A DNA stretch of 64,000 bases from Nitrospirales bacterium (GCA_963555755.3 OY820905.2:1440001-1504000), one strand, 5' to 3'; counted from the stretch's first letter, positions 21,727 through 32,771 are shown. Numbers and translations: made by a program. The notes: a model not told the origin generated them from the letters alone.

Positions 21727-22664
21727 TTAATGAAGTCGCTCGCAAAGCAGAAACCATGCGAACCGATGTCGATCCCTAATCTGATGGACCCTAAAATCGC
21801 AGTTTAAATCCTCAATAAGGCCATTAAAATAATCGATATTATCAACGCCATCATAGGCACGGTTATAAGCGATGAAGAGATAGTCAAATTGTTTGTAATA
21901 AGGCTCCAATCTCCTCCTGGTTTCAAGTGGCATTCATTTAGACTAAACGTTGCAATCAGCGCCCCTTTCGCCTTATTTGGAAAACATTCCATATCTTGCA
22001 ATGAGTGGAAAATAATGCTTTTCGTCACTATCTTTTCAGGTAATGCATGTGAGAGATAATGCTTTTGTATTTCATGCATCTCAGGTAAATCGGCAATAAC
22101 ATACTTACCGTCATACCGTCAAATTGCATGGGTCAGGCGGCAAAAATTCCCATAGCCGCCTCCTATCTCCAGGACATGCTGGACGCGATTCTCTGGCAAA
22201 AACAATTCTAAATGTTCCTTCATCATATACATATAATAGGCATGTTGAAGCGTTATTGGACTAGCAAACGGAAAAAATGAACAAAGGAAAGGATCTCCAA
22301 ACGGAATATCGTGCAACCGTGGCAAAATCTTTGTCCTACTGAACTCATCCTTGGTCATCTCTTCAAGATAGAGACGAGCCAAACCCACTTGGTTTGGATG
22401 TATGGTTCTACAAATCTCAGGTTGCCTCAGGAACCCCTCAGGCTCCCGTTGTATTTCTTTCACAATTCTAGCAAGTATGGGATCCCATTCGTTGCCGGCC
22501 GTCAGATGACCGCTTTGTCTGATTGTTAAAGACGACACTTCGTCGGACAGATAATGTGCCACCGACGGGAACCCCTCCTTTAGCAACTTTTCTATGAGAA
22601 GTTTACCGACCTTTAGGTCAAAGATATTTTTCATTAATTTTGAAATCATTTGCTTTGCGACCAT
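21727..22664 (-). pseudogene. Putative sugar O-methyltransferase split over three frames
   Basis: VLEIGGGYGNFCRL, then IADLPEM..IQKHYL and IATFSLNE, then MPLETR...FDYLFIAY in ORFs 22119..22664, 21804..22079 and 21727..21933. Confidence 0.75.
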
Positions 22665-22726
22665 CTATGATATTTCTTCTCCTATATAAGGCACTATATC
22701 CTCCAAGAAACAGTGTTCTCGAAAAA

Positions 22727-24690
22727 CTAAAGATGAGAGCGAATGATGTTAGCGAGGGGTCTTAATCTGTCTTTTATCCATCGCTTGGAAACGGCACCTC
22801 TTGCCCGAAGGCAGCCTGAAATCTTAACGAATTCTCCCAAAATGGTATAAACCCAAGCAGCTCGCTGCCTCGGTAGTCGAGACTGCAACATAATGACATC
22901 CGAATGGTCCTTCGGTTCTCCTCGACACCGCTTCATGTCACAGACCAGCTGAGGCGCACAGAATTTCATACCCAAGTACCAACAGTGAAGCCGCGGATCC
23001 CCTATGATGTCCCCAATACAATGAGAGTAGTGATGCTCAAGACTATTATGACAACCAATCTTTTCAGGTGTCGGGGGCAACCTTGTCGAATCGCCATCAT
23101 ACAAGAAGTCAAGATCTCGGCATTCCCGCAATCCAAGCAGAGCCAACATAGCACTCCCACCTATACAAACCATTTCCTCATCTATGCCATTCGCCTCAAG
23201 CCAGTCTCGGAATAGAAACAGTTTTTCATGAAAACCTGGTAATGTCCCGATGCCCATATTCAACAGATCAACACTATTTTTGTTGAAGACTATGCGAGCA
23301 ACCCGCAACACTTCATCATCGCCGTCAGTGATATGGATAGAGTGATTGCCCAACCCATAATGAGCCCGAATTTCCTCCTTCAAGGTTCTTAGCTTTCGAT
23401 GATTACAGGTATCGACGAGAACAGCGCGCAAGGTCTATGGCCTGAAAAGGGAAAACAACTCTTTACCTTGCGGGAGAAACCCGATCCTTCACTGGTATCC
23501 TTAGTCCAACCATGCCCCATATAGACCTGCCTCAGGAGAGCATCCCCTGCTTGGGGGGGCAGTGTCAAATCAGTACGATAAACAATTTCTCCAAATTTGG
23601 AGAGACTTTTGATCACAAATTGCTCTGAGGCTACGGAAGGGAAAATCAAAATCAGCACAAGACCACTTTTTATACGGCAATACTCGATGGCAGCTTCGTC
23701 CAGTATTTCAACTGGACAAGGCGCATGCCCATGAGCTGTTCCACGAAAGAAATCTGCGGTGGCACGGCAGTTACTCGGATTGTCACTGATGCGTATAATG
23801 CGAATGGCGCGATCCATTGCGATGCCCGAGGCTATGCGATGCGCTCCATCGAAGGCACACAGTTCAGAATCGACGGGAACAGCGGGAATGTCATCCAGGT
23901 TTAAATTGCTTAGTAACGAGTGGAACGCTGCTTGAAATTGATCCATACCAGTTTTGCCAGATCCATCCTGCTCAACGACCCCCCAGCTTGGTCCTGTTAT
24001 GCGAAGGGCCTGATGATAATAGGCGAAATCACGCCATATGCCAGCACGACCAGTTTTCCAGAGCCGTGCATAAAGGGCCTTGATCGCAATATCAAATCGT
24101 GCCGGCACGAGCAGGTTATTAGGCATTGCCAAACAAAGGTCTACAAGCGTATTCTCTGGAATAGTTCCAACATGGGACCAACTTTCTTGAAAAAAATCAG
24201 CAACGCTATCGTTCCCAAGAGACACTCCTTTTTCTATAATTCTTAGAACGGCATTACAATTGGTCAGATAAGTTATGTTGTCTCGCCCCATGATCGCGCG
24301 AAACCCCAACAGTTCTAACCGCCCTAATAATCCCGTTGTCCTTGATCCGTATTCGGCTTCAAGAAAGACATACTCCGCATTGGTTGCAGTCGCAATAATG
24401 TCATCTATGGTATCCGCTTCACTATTTGGAATAGAGATAAACACACTCGTTACTTCAGCAAGGTCAGCAGTTTCAATCCACCCTAGCCTATCGCGCAAAA
24501 CACTTGTTTCTTTAGCGACACGGGAGGTATTTCCAATACATGAATAAAGCTTTTTCTCTGGAGAGTGTAATCTAAAGCTTTTCCTGAAATAACTCTCGAT
24601 TAGTTCACTATTCGGATCACCCACGCCTAAAAACTCCTTTTTTTCTGTTCCTTCCTCTTTTTCATCGGAAGGGTCGGCAAAGTTCCTCAA
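22727..24690 (-). pseudogene. Uncharacterised multidomain protein (ParB/Srx-like, NDK-like, nucleotidyltransferase-like), one frameshift near 23435
   Basis: ORFs 23389..24690 and 22727..23431 overlap with a one-base shift; motifs VPVD...DGAHR, IR..YG.GNHSIHITD and GGSAMLALLGLRECRDLDF. Confidence 0.6.
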
Positions 24691-25478
24691 AGCTTATATT
24701 TTAGAACCAGAGTGTTGCCAAATGTCATAACGCGAGAATGTTTGTTTTGCATCAAAAAGTTGTCCAGAACTTCCACCAGTCCTCGGTGTCTCATTGAAAA
24801 ATCATCGAACATAACAATCGCACCATCAACAAGCATTGGAAAAAACAGTTCAATATCCTTTTCAACGCCTTCTCTCGAATGATCACCATCAATGAAAATA
24901 AATCTGATTTCCCGATCAGACAATTTCTCGGCAGCCTGCTTGCTCGTCATATTCAACAAGGTTACCGAATCCGATAAGCCGATTCTCGCCATATTACCAT
25001 TAAAAACATTCACTAAATCAGATAGATCTTCCTCATTTACAACGAAGTTTTTCTTCCCATTTTTACTCGAACTTCCCTGAAAATGATCAATTGCAAAAAA
25101 TTCACCATTTCCTGATTCGTATGTCGCTCTGGCCAAAAAACTTGCAGACCGACCTTGCCAGGTCCCGATCTCGACTACATCACCCTTTTCTTGTTGAAAG
25201 TAGCTCAAACTAAACAAATTCTGACCCGATTGCTTAGTGGTCATTCCGGGCAAGGAAATCCCAATAATCGCAACATAATCAAGATCAACCACCGGCCCGT
25301 ATTTCAGCTCGATTGGCGAATACGCGCTGACCTTGTTATTTTTTTCAATGCGATGGACATCATATCCGATTTCCCTCAGCATATTTTTTCCAATTCTTTT
25401 CACGAAGCTCATCCGCTTCCATCGGAAAATCTCTCCTAATACGTCCATCATTTTCCCTTTCACTGACGTCACACTCAC
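24687..25478 (-). CDS. Class I SAM-dependent methyltransferase (Methyltransf_24-like)
   Basis: VVEIGTWQGRS, AIDHF, FIFIDGDHS and VMFDDF. Confidence 0.88.
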   Translation of the reverse strand: MSVTSVKGKMMDVLGEIFRWKRMSFVKRIGKNMLREIGYDVHRIEKNNKVSAYSPIELKYGPVVDLDYVAIIGISLPGMTTKQSGQNLFSLSYFQQEKGDVVEIGTWQGRSASFLARATYESGNGEFFAIDHFQGSSSKNGKKNFVVNEEDLSDLVNVFNGNMARIGLSDSVTLLNMTSKQAAEKLSDREIRFIFIDGDHSREGVEKDIELFFPMLVDGAIVMFDDFSMRHRGLVEVLDNFLMQNKHSRVMTFGNTLVLKYKL

Positions 25479-25683
25479 GGTAGTAAGGTTTGCATGTCCC
25501 TTTCCGCAGGTGTATCTGTTATGATTTATTATCTGCTATATCAATGAAGTGCCAAATGACAGCAACAACCAATCTTCATGACCAACCGACGCAATCAAAA
25601 ATCTTGGGGAAGGCACTGTCACACTCGACAAAATAGTTGTCTGATTTATATGTAATCCGCTCCGGACTTCAAGCATATTCTTC

Positions 25684-27408
25684 CTACCTTGAGCACCCTA
25701 CTACACAACCGTGTTCAAGATTTACGATCTGGTCGCACGCTCCAACCATCGCCATTCGATGCGTTACCAATATCACGGTCTTCTCTTCTTTCAACTGCCG
25801 GATAAGCTGAACAATTAATGCTTCCGTCCCCTCATCTAGGGAACTCGTAATCTCATCCAATATCAAAACCGATGCATTTGCATAAAGAGCCCGTGCAATG
25901 CCAATGCGCTGCTTTTCTCCTTCTGAAATGCGCATTCCCTGCTCTCCCACAATCATATCCATTCCTTCGGGTGAATTCGCCACGAAATCAGACAATTGAG
26001 CGGCTTCAACAGCCCGCTGAATCGCAGATTCATCAATCTCGCTGTCGGCGATGCCCAGCGCGATATTTCGACGCAATGTGTCATCAATCATGACAATATT
26101 TTGCCCGACATACCCTATCTGACGCTGCCAGCCCCGAACGAAATTTTTTATATCTGCGCCATCAACCTTAACCCTGCCCCCGGTTGGTTCAAGCAGCCCC
26201 AGTATGATATGAAGAAGGGTGCTCTTTCCTGAACCACTTTTGCCGACAAACGCTGTAAATGATCCTCGCGGAATACGAATATTGATTCCTTTTAGTACGG
26301 GTTCCTCAGCTCCATCATAGATATAAACCAGATTTTCAAGTTCCAACTCGGAGCGAAAGGGAGGCATCGACACATTGGTCTCCGCATTCCGATGGTGTAC
26401 ATTTCGCAACTCCCGGGAAATGATCTCCACGGACGGCGTCACATATCTTATACCATGCAGAGACGCCAATATAGCGGTCACAGACGGCATCAGCCGCACG
26501 ACACCAAGGGCAAAAAGCCCCATTACCGGGGCTATTGAAGCCAATTCCTTGCCCGAAAGTCGCATAGTGATGATCACGATGGCCATACTTGCTATAGCCA
26601 AGATTTCAAAAATTGGCTTGGGCAGCGCACGCATAAATGCCTGCAAACGACTTATATGGCCAAGATTTTCACTATGCGCCTGAAATTTCTGATAAAATAA
26701 GTGTTCACAACCAAGTAACTGTAACTCCTTAACGGCACCGATACCTTCCTGGGCACATTTGAGACGCTCCCCCTCTTCATATAGCCGTTTTTTTGCCCAG
26801 CGACGGGTGCGAAATTTACTAAGCCTCTGAAAACCCAATGCAAATGGCGTGAGTAAAATCACTACGGATAATGTTCCAATGGGAGAGACTGCTAAAAATA
26901 TCGCCAAAATGATCAACACCATTATAGAATCGCGAATCAGATTAAATCCCCCGCCAAATCCATACTGCGCGACCAATTCTACTTCTTTTATTATATTTTG
27001 TATCAATCCCGACGAATGCATTTTCAAATGAAACGACCACGGTTGGTGAAGATAAGATGCATACAATCGAGAAGCCGTGGTCATACGAAGATCGATCAAG
27101 AAGGCAGTTTGGTGCCAGGACAGCCACAATCGATAGATTGCAATAAAAAAATAAAGCCCAACAAACACACCCAGAACAATAAAAAAAGCAGTTTCAGAAT
27201 CAGGATTGCCCAACCAATTTAATACTGGCTGCGCCGCTGAATTTGTCAAAATGGTTTCGGGCGCGGTCATCAAGCCAATTAAAGGCAATACCATCCCCAG
27301 GCCGACGGACTCGAAAATTCCTCCGATAAGTACAAACAATAGCAAAAACAAAGCTTGACGTTTTTGCTCATGCAGAAGCAATTCCCATATATTTCTAAGT
27401 CTCATCAA
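25684..27408 (-). CDS. ABC transporter permease/ATPase fusion (PglK/MsbA-like glycan flippase)
   Basis: N-terminal transmembrane domain; Walker A GKSGSGKST; signature ISEGEKQR; Walker B LILDE; H-loop VTHR. Confidence 0.9.
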   Translation of the reverse strand: MMRLRNIWELLLHEQKRQALFLLLFVLIGGIFESVGLGMVLPLIGLMTAPETILTNSAAQPVLNWLGNPDSETAFFIVLGVFVGLYFFIAIYRLWLSWHQTAFLIDLRMTTASRLYASYLHQPWSFHLKMHSSGLIQNIIKEVELVAQYGFGGGFNLIRDSIMVLIILAIFLAVSPIGTLSVVILLTPFALGFQRLSKFRTRRWAKKRLYEEGERLKCAQEGIGAVKELQLLGCEHLFYQKFQAHSENLGHISRLQAFMRALPKPIFEILAIASMAIVIITMRLSGKELASIAPVMGLFALGVVRLMPSVTAILASLHGIRYVTPSVEIISRELRNVHHRNAETNVSMPPFRSELELENLVYIYDGAEEPVLKGINIRIPRGSFTAFVGKSGSGKSTLLHIILGLLEPTGGRVKVDGADIKNFVRGWQRQIGYVGQNIVMIDDTLRRNIALGIADSEIDESAIQRAVEAAQLSDFVANSPEGMDMIVGEQGMRISEGEKQRIGIARALYANASVLILDEITSSLDEGTEALIVQLIRQLKEEKTVILVTHRMAMVGACDQIVNLEHGCVVGCSR

Positions 27409-27747
27409 ATTACTCTATAATATATTTAATTTTAACAGATTTGAGATGACCAATAATTAAATTTGGGACACCAAATACTTCCGAAGCTAGGAAACAATTT
27501 TTAAACATGTAATGCACTGGGGGCGAATAATCAACATACTATTGACAATAGAGTTCTTAGCAAATTCAAAATCAAATGTAGTAGTGTGATTACCAAGGGA
27601 AACTGGCGGACTAATTACCAAAGGACTTTGTCATAGCACTATATCAACAAATGCCTGACCGGACAATTGGCCTGTCATCGCTATGCGACAGCAAGCGATA
27701 TTTTTGCTCTTTGTACCCTCAGAGCACTGGTGTTTAGCTTTTCTCTC

Positions 27748-27878
27748 GGTATTGTCAACTTAAGTCAAATTGGGCTATTTTCTAACTCGGACCAGTAACA
27801 TGAATGCTGAACAATCAATGAGTTATGAATTCGTGTGTTGCCCAAATTTCGGTCAAATTCACTTAACTTGACAATACC
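27748..27878. mobile_element. 131-bp element with 18-bp TIRs resembling IS6-family ends
   Basis: GGTATTGTCAACTTAAGT and ACTTAACTTGACAATACC match 17/18 as an inverted pair; internal IHF-consensus AATCAATGAGTTA (27813-27825); no target duplication seen. Confidence 0.6.
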
Positions 27879-28282
27879 CAAATAAGCGCTGGAATGGAGC
27901 TGATACACCGTTGGAGGAGCGAGGGTTGGTAAGGTCGTATCTTTTTCCCAACCTTATTTTTAGTGGAAAGCAATGCTATAGTAGCGAACGCTGGTCTTTT
28001 GGGAAAATCGACTACCGGCGTCACACTCAAACCCCGTCGTAACTGCAGCACAAGTTGAGAAACACACCGCAGACGGCCATAGGGGGAGTAATTAAGTTAG
28101 GGGCCCTGAATATGATTCTGGTCGCCCCCCTTTCTTTGCTGCCGAACCTAACACTTTTTTCTCGGTTTGGCTGACGCAGTTTTGCGGGAGAGGGTCAAGG
28201 GGAACAGAGGAGTCAATTTATTATTAGGCTTCAATCAAAATTTTGTGCCAGATTTGCGGCAAGTCAAATTCTTTTTGTCTTC

Positions 28283-29182
28283 TTAAGTAAAACAACCAAC
28301 TTTACTCTTTCGACAGTAAAGTAAAGGCTTCACTGTTTTGCTCCTTTCAATTTTCTCAATACAATCGAAATGTTCCTGAAGCAATCTCTGAACCCGATTT
28401 ATATCGCAAAACTTCGGATGAAGTTCAATCACCAGGGCACTCACTCGTTTTAGTGCCTCGGGCTCAGTACAGAGGAAGGTTTCCTCTGAACCTTCGATGT
28501 CGATCTTGACGAGGTCAACCATTTTGCCACATTGTACTAGCCTGTCCAGAAGGGTTGTGAGGCTAATACCACGCACCTCAACCGTTCCATTGACATCGAT
28601 CCTGTGACTTATGGAGGGGCCACTAATTGACAGGCGGAGCAGGCTGCCATCTTCGCTCCCAGCAGGACCGCGGATCATCTCCCAGTCTATACCTCGCTCA
28701 GTAAATGCCGCGGAATTAAGCTTGGCCACCTCATATGTACCAGGGTCGGCTTCAACGCTCAAAACTCGTGCCTGTGGGTTGATTCCATATACCCAGATGG
28801 GAAAAATCCCAATATGGGAACCGACATCAATAATAGTCGGTTCTGGCGTCGCAGTTAATAGATCAGTTAGAAAGCCATAATCTCGATCTACTAGAATCTC
28901 CCGCAACACCGCTTCTTCATGTCCCCTAAATCGAACAGGGACCCCGCTTTTCTTGTTGAGGCAATAAAAAACCAATTGTATAGCCTTGGGAATGACCGCT
29001 GCGGCTACGCCACCTGTTAGTGGTGCTATCCACTTTACTCGGTTAACAAAGCTGATGCAGCGCTCGGAAAAGGAGGGGTGATGATGTGATTTTTTCACTC
29101 GTTCAACATCTTGAATAGCGCTTTTCTTGTTGAAATCAACATTCTCCCTAAATTGAGCGATTCTTTCTTGAAAAAAGTTCAC
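28283..29182 (-). CDS. FkbM-family methyltransferase (start uncertain)
   Basis: IIDVGSHIG, SVEAD, LVKIDIEGSE and VIELH. Confidence 0.85.
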   Translation of the reverse strand: MNFFQERIAQFRENVDFNKKSAIQDVERVKKSHHHPSFSERCISFVNRVKWIAPLTGGVAAAVIPKAIQLVFYCLNKKSGVPVRFRGHEEAVLREILVDRDYGFLTDLLTATPEPTIIDVGSHIGIFPIWVYGINPQARVLSVEADPGTYEVAKLNSAAFTERGIDWEMIRGPAGSEDGSLLRLSISGPSISHRIDVNGTVEVRGISLTTLLDRLVQCGKMVDLVKIDIEGSEETFLCTEPEALKRVSALVIELHPKFCDINRVQRLLQEHFDCIEKIERSKTVKPLLYCRKSKVGCFT

Positions 29183-29409
29183 AAATCCCTAGTTTCCCCG
29201 CTCTAGAGTAAGGTCTACTCATGCGGCCCACCCCTCCCTTCCAATCACCCAACAAGTGAGTGTGACCCCGATTGATCCAGGACGGCCAGGGTGTGATTAA
29301 AGCGGTGCCGAACGTCTCGGTAATAGGTCAAAGAATATTTGAGATATTCATAGGTCAACCGAGATTTTTCCTTAATGCCGCGAGGAGTGAGGAGATATCG
29401 AATTCAATT

Positions 29410-29809
29410 CTTTGGGAAAGTGGTGATTTTAATATGTACCAACCTTTTGAAGTATAGGTTCGTTAAGCCCAAAACAACACCAAGTTTTTGGGAAAGAGAG
29501 CGCTGAGTGAGGATGGCCTTTTTGTTCTACTTCCTAGAGAACGCAAAGGGCACGCTGGCCATCTTTATCGATTTTTGATAACCTTTTTGAAAACCTATAG
29601 TGTGTTAACTTTGGGAAAGTGGTGAGCCCCTTCCGTACCAACCTTTTGAAGTATAGGTTCGTTAAGCCCAAAACAACACCAAGTTTTTGGGAAAGAGAGC
29701 GCTGAGTGAGGATGGCCTTTTTGTTCTACTTCCTAGAGAACGCAAAGGGCACGCTGGCCATCTTTATCGATTTTTGATAACCTTTTTGAAAACCTATAGT
29801 GTGTTAACT
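29410..29809. repeat. Tandem duplication of a 199-bp unit
   Basis: 29410-29608 and 29609-29807 are identical by eye apart from one 9-nt block. Confidence 0.9.
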
Positions 29810-29897
29810 ATTCGTTGAATACACCCCCTCACCCCACCCTCTCCCCACAGGAGCGAGGGAGGTTTGAGATGTCTTAGTCGAAAGTTAAAATACTATA
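29795..29897. mobile_element. 103-bp MITE, inverted copy of 2152..2254
   Basis: TATAGTGTGTTAACT...CCCCTCACCCCACCCTCTCCCCACAGGAGCGAGGGAG...AGTTAAAATACTATA. Confidence 0.85.
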
Positions 29898-30007
29898 TAT
29901 TCCAGCTCGTTCAAAAATTGAACCTGCTTTCCGTTCACAAATTGAGGGTAAACCACACAATTGGCAAGATCATACTTTTACAGAGCATTAAAAACAGAGG
30001 GAGATTG

Positions 30008-31800
30008 TCAGGCAGATGCCGCAGACACGAGCTTTTGGGGTCGAGAGAGTATTTGAGTCGGGATTCCAGTGTCCCTACAATCTTGAAGAATTTTCGCCAA
30101 AATCCCTTTATTGGCTGAAGGAATGGCAATGAGGATTTCTTCTACTTGATGTTTTTGAACAATACGTGGGAGGTCTATCCGTGTCCCCATAACCGGAATG
30201 CCATGAATTTCGCGCCCTGTTTTATTTCGATCATCATCAATAAATCCAATGGGCACATAGTTAATAGTTGGATTATTGCGAATTTCCCGTAAGGCAATCT
30301 CTCCAGCATCACCGGCTCCCATGATCAACAACCGTATCCCTTTGGGCTGAACCCAGGACCCCAGGTATTCCCTAATCATCCGAATAGCTACCCGCACCCC
30401 GCACACCCCAGTAACAACACCATCCAATCTATAAAAAATACCGCACGGGAATAATCTTCAAACCGGAACACCATGGTCATGAGCACGACACTGACCAGAG
30501 AACTGAGTGACACCGCTTTGATAATATTGATTAAATCTTTGATTCCCACATACTGCCAAATTCCACGATACAGACCAAAGTAAAAAAAGATCCCCAACTT
30601 GATCGGAATCAAAAGAGGAAGAGACTGCACAACCACTTGATCGTAAGGGAAGGGAAGACCATCGAAACGAATAAGAAATGCCACGGTAAAGGACAACCCG
30701 ATAAGAATGGAATCCAGCGCCACTTCGCCGATTCGCTTTTTTTCCATAAGAAACAAATTGAGAATGACATTCGACGATTTTGCTTCGAAACGTGTGGCCT
30801 TTTTTCCGTAGGCCACAATGCCGCTCAAGAAGATACCGAAATACAACAGAGCAATGACAACAAGAACTGCAGAAATGGTGGTATACAACCAATCATATTT
30901 TAAGCCCACAACGGCAAGAACCCCACACAGCATACTCATGGTGTAGAAAAGTAGAACTGTCGTCCGTTCTGAAAGCCCAAAGGCTACCAATCGATGTGAG
31001 GTATGGTCTCGTCCACCTTGAGAAATGGGACGACCATTGAAAAAACGTACAAGAGACACAAAGGCCGTATCGAAAATCGGAACGGCTAACACTAATACTG
31101 GGATTAACATCGCAAACAGGACATTTGTGACATTTCCCCACTGCCCCGTCACCGCCAATGTGGAGAGGGTAAACCCCAAGAACAGACTTCCGGAATCACC
31201 CATGAATATCTTCGCTGGATAAAAGTTAAACCATAAAAATCCCAAAGTGGCCCCGACCAAACTGGCGCACGCCAACACGACCACGGGATTGCCCGTACTG
31301 ACCCCAGCTAACATCAAACAAAAAGCTGCAATGCAGGCCGTTCCGGCGGAAAGACCATCCATATTATCGAGGAGGTTAAACGCATTGGTGACTCCAACAA
31401 TCCAAAGCAAGGCCAATGCAAAGGTAAGAATTGACCAGTCGAACAACCCGAGAAATTGCCCGCCTGCGATAAACAGACAGGCAACCACAATTTGTCCAAT
31501 CAACTTGGTATAGGGTTGAAAGTGCAGAAAGTCATCGAGCAATCCCATTCCACAGATTAAAAAAGCCCCAAAAAGAAGGAGCTGCAGTGGGGGATACTCT
31601 CCGACGAAAAACAGTAGAGGAAGAAGATAGGCAAAAAATATAGCCACTCCGCCAAGGAGTGCGGTAGAAGTCTTATGCCATCGGTCATTCTGAGGACGGG
31701 CGACATACCCGTATCGAACGGCAAACCTTCGCACAGTTTCAGTCAACATAAGAGACAGAGCCAAGGAAGCTGCCAGTACAATAAATGCCGAATTCAGCAC
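30008..31800 (-). pseudogene. WecA/MraY-family undecaprenyl-phosphate sugar-1-phosphate transferase fused to a Rossmann (CoA-binding-like) domain; one-base frameshift
   Basis: GLLDD, NAFNLLDNMDGL, IFMGDSGS and GRDHTSHRL; C-terminal IMGAGDAG...GFIDDD is in another frame; adding one G to the G4 run (30406-30409 on +) fuses the two ORFs. Confidence 0.85.
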
Positions 31801-32771
31801 GCTCCGGAACCCTTCTTTTGGAAATACTCTGTCACCCTCGAAACAATTCCTACCACATCTAAGGATGGTTTATACCCAATCAAGTTGTGTATTTTTTCAA
31901 TGGAAGGAACCCGCCGTTGCATATCTTCAAAACCTTCTTCATAAGCTTGTTCATAGGGAATAAATGTCACTTCAGATCGCGAGCCCGTGATATCTTTCAC
32001 CAGAAATGCCAGATCCCGAATACTAATTTCCTCAGTTCCTCCAATATTAAAAATTTCTCCCACGGCCTGCGGATGTGTAGCCAATTTCACCACAGCTTGC
32101 ACCACATCTTCCACCCACGTCAGACATCGTGATTGCTGCCCAGTTCCATACACCGTAATGGGTTTCCCGGTTAAGGCTTGAGCAACGAATCGTGGAAGCA
32201 CCATTCCATATTGACCGGTCTGCCTGGGTCCTACGGTATTAAAAAAACGAACGACGATGGTCGGACAACCTTTTTCTTTCCAATACGCCAACGCCAAAAA
32301 TTCATCGAGTGCTTTGGAACAGGCATAACTCCACCGGCCTTTAGTGGTGGGGCCTAATACTAAGTCATCCTCTTCCCGAAACGGAACTTGGCTGCCCTTC
32401 CCATAGACTTCGCTGGAAGATGCGATAACAACTGTTTTTTTCTTCTTGGCGGCATATTCCAACACATGCTCCGTTCCCTTCACATTGGTCTCAATCGTTC
32501 GAACGGGACTTTCGACAATTAAACGTACGCCCACCGCTGCAGCGAGGTGAAAGACAATATCAGCCCGATCAATCAGCTCAGCCAACAAAAATCGATTCAT
32601 GATCGTATCGAAAAAATAATGAAATCGAGGATGTTGTTGAAGGTGTTCAATATTTTCCACGCTACCAGTGGAAAGGTCATCAAGAATAAAGACCTCTTCC
32701 CCCTGAGCAAGGAGTGTATCCGCCAGATGTGAACCGATAAAACCAGCACCGCCTGTAATAAGAGCCTTCAT
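31794..32771 (-). CDS. NAD-dependent nucleotide-sugar epimerase/dehydratase
   Basis: ITGGAGFIGS, ASSSEVYG, YACSK and RFFNTVGPRQ. Confidence 0.92.
   Translation of the reverse strand: MKALITGGAGFIGSHLADTLLAQGEEVFILDDLSTGSVENIEHLQQHPRFHYFFDTIMNRFLLAELIDRADIVFHLAAAVGVRLIVESPVRTIETNVKGTEHVLEYAAKKKKTVVIASSSEVYGKGSQVPFREEDDLVLGPTTKGRWSYACSKALDEFLALAYWKEKGCPTIVVRFFNTVGPRQTGQYGMVLPRFVAQALTGKPITVYGTGQQSRCLTWVEDVVQAVVKLATHPQAVGEIFNIGGTEEISIRDLAFLVKDITGSRSEVTFIPYEQAYEEGFEDMQRRVPSIEKIHNLIGYKPSLDVVGIVSRVTEYFQKKGSGAC

Noticed and set aside
28005..28025. ops/JUMPStart element (GCCGGTAGTCG on the minus strand)
   Set aside because: Only a partial match to GGCGGTAGnnTG; too weak to call.
28230..28255. Sigma54 promoter (TGGCAC on the minus strand)
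   Set aside because: No TTGC at the required spacing.
29410..29809. Possible CRISPR array or DGR template/variable repeat
   Set aside because: Only two 199-bp units, no repeat-spacer pattern, differences not adenine-specific, and no cas or reverse transcriptase gene.
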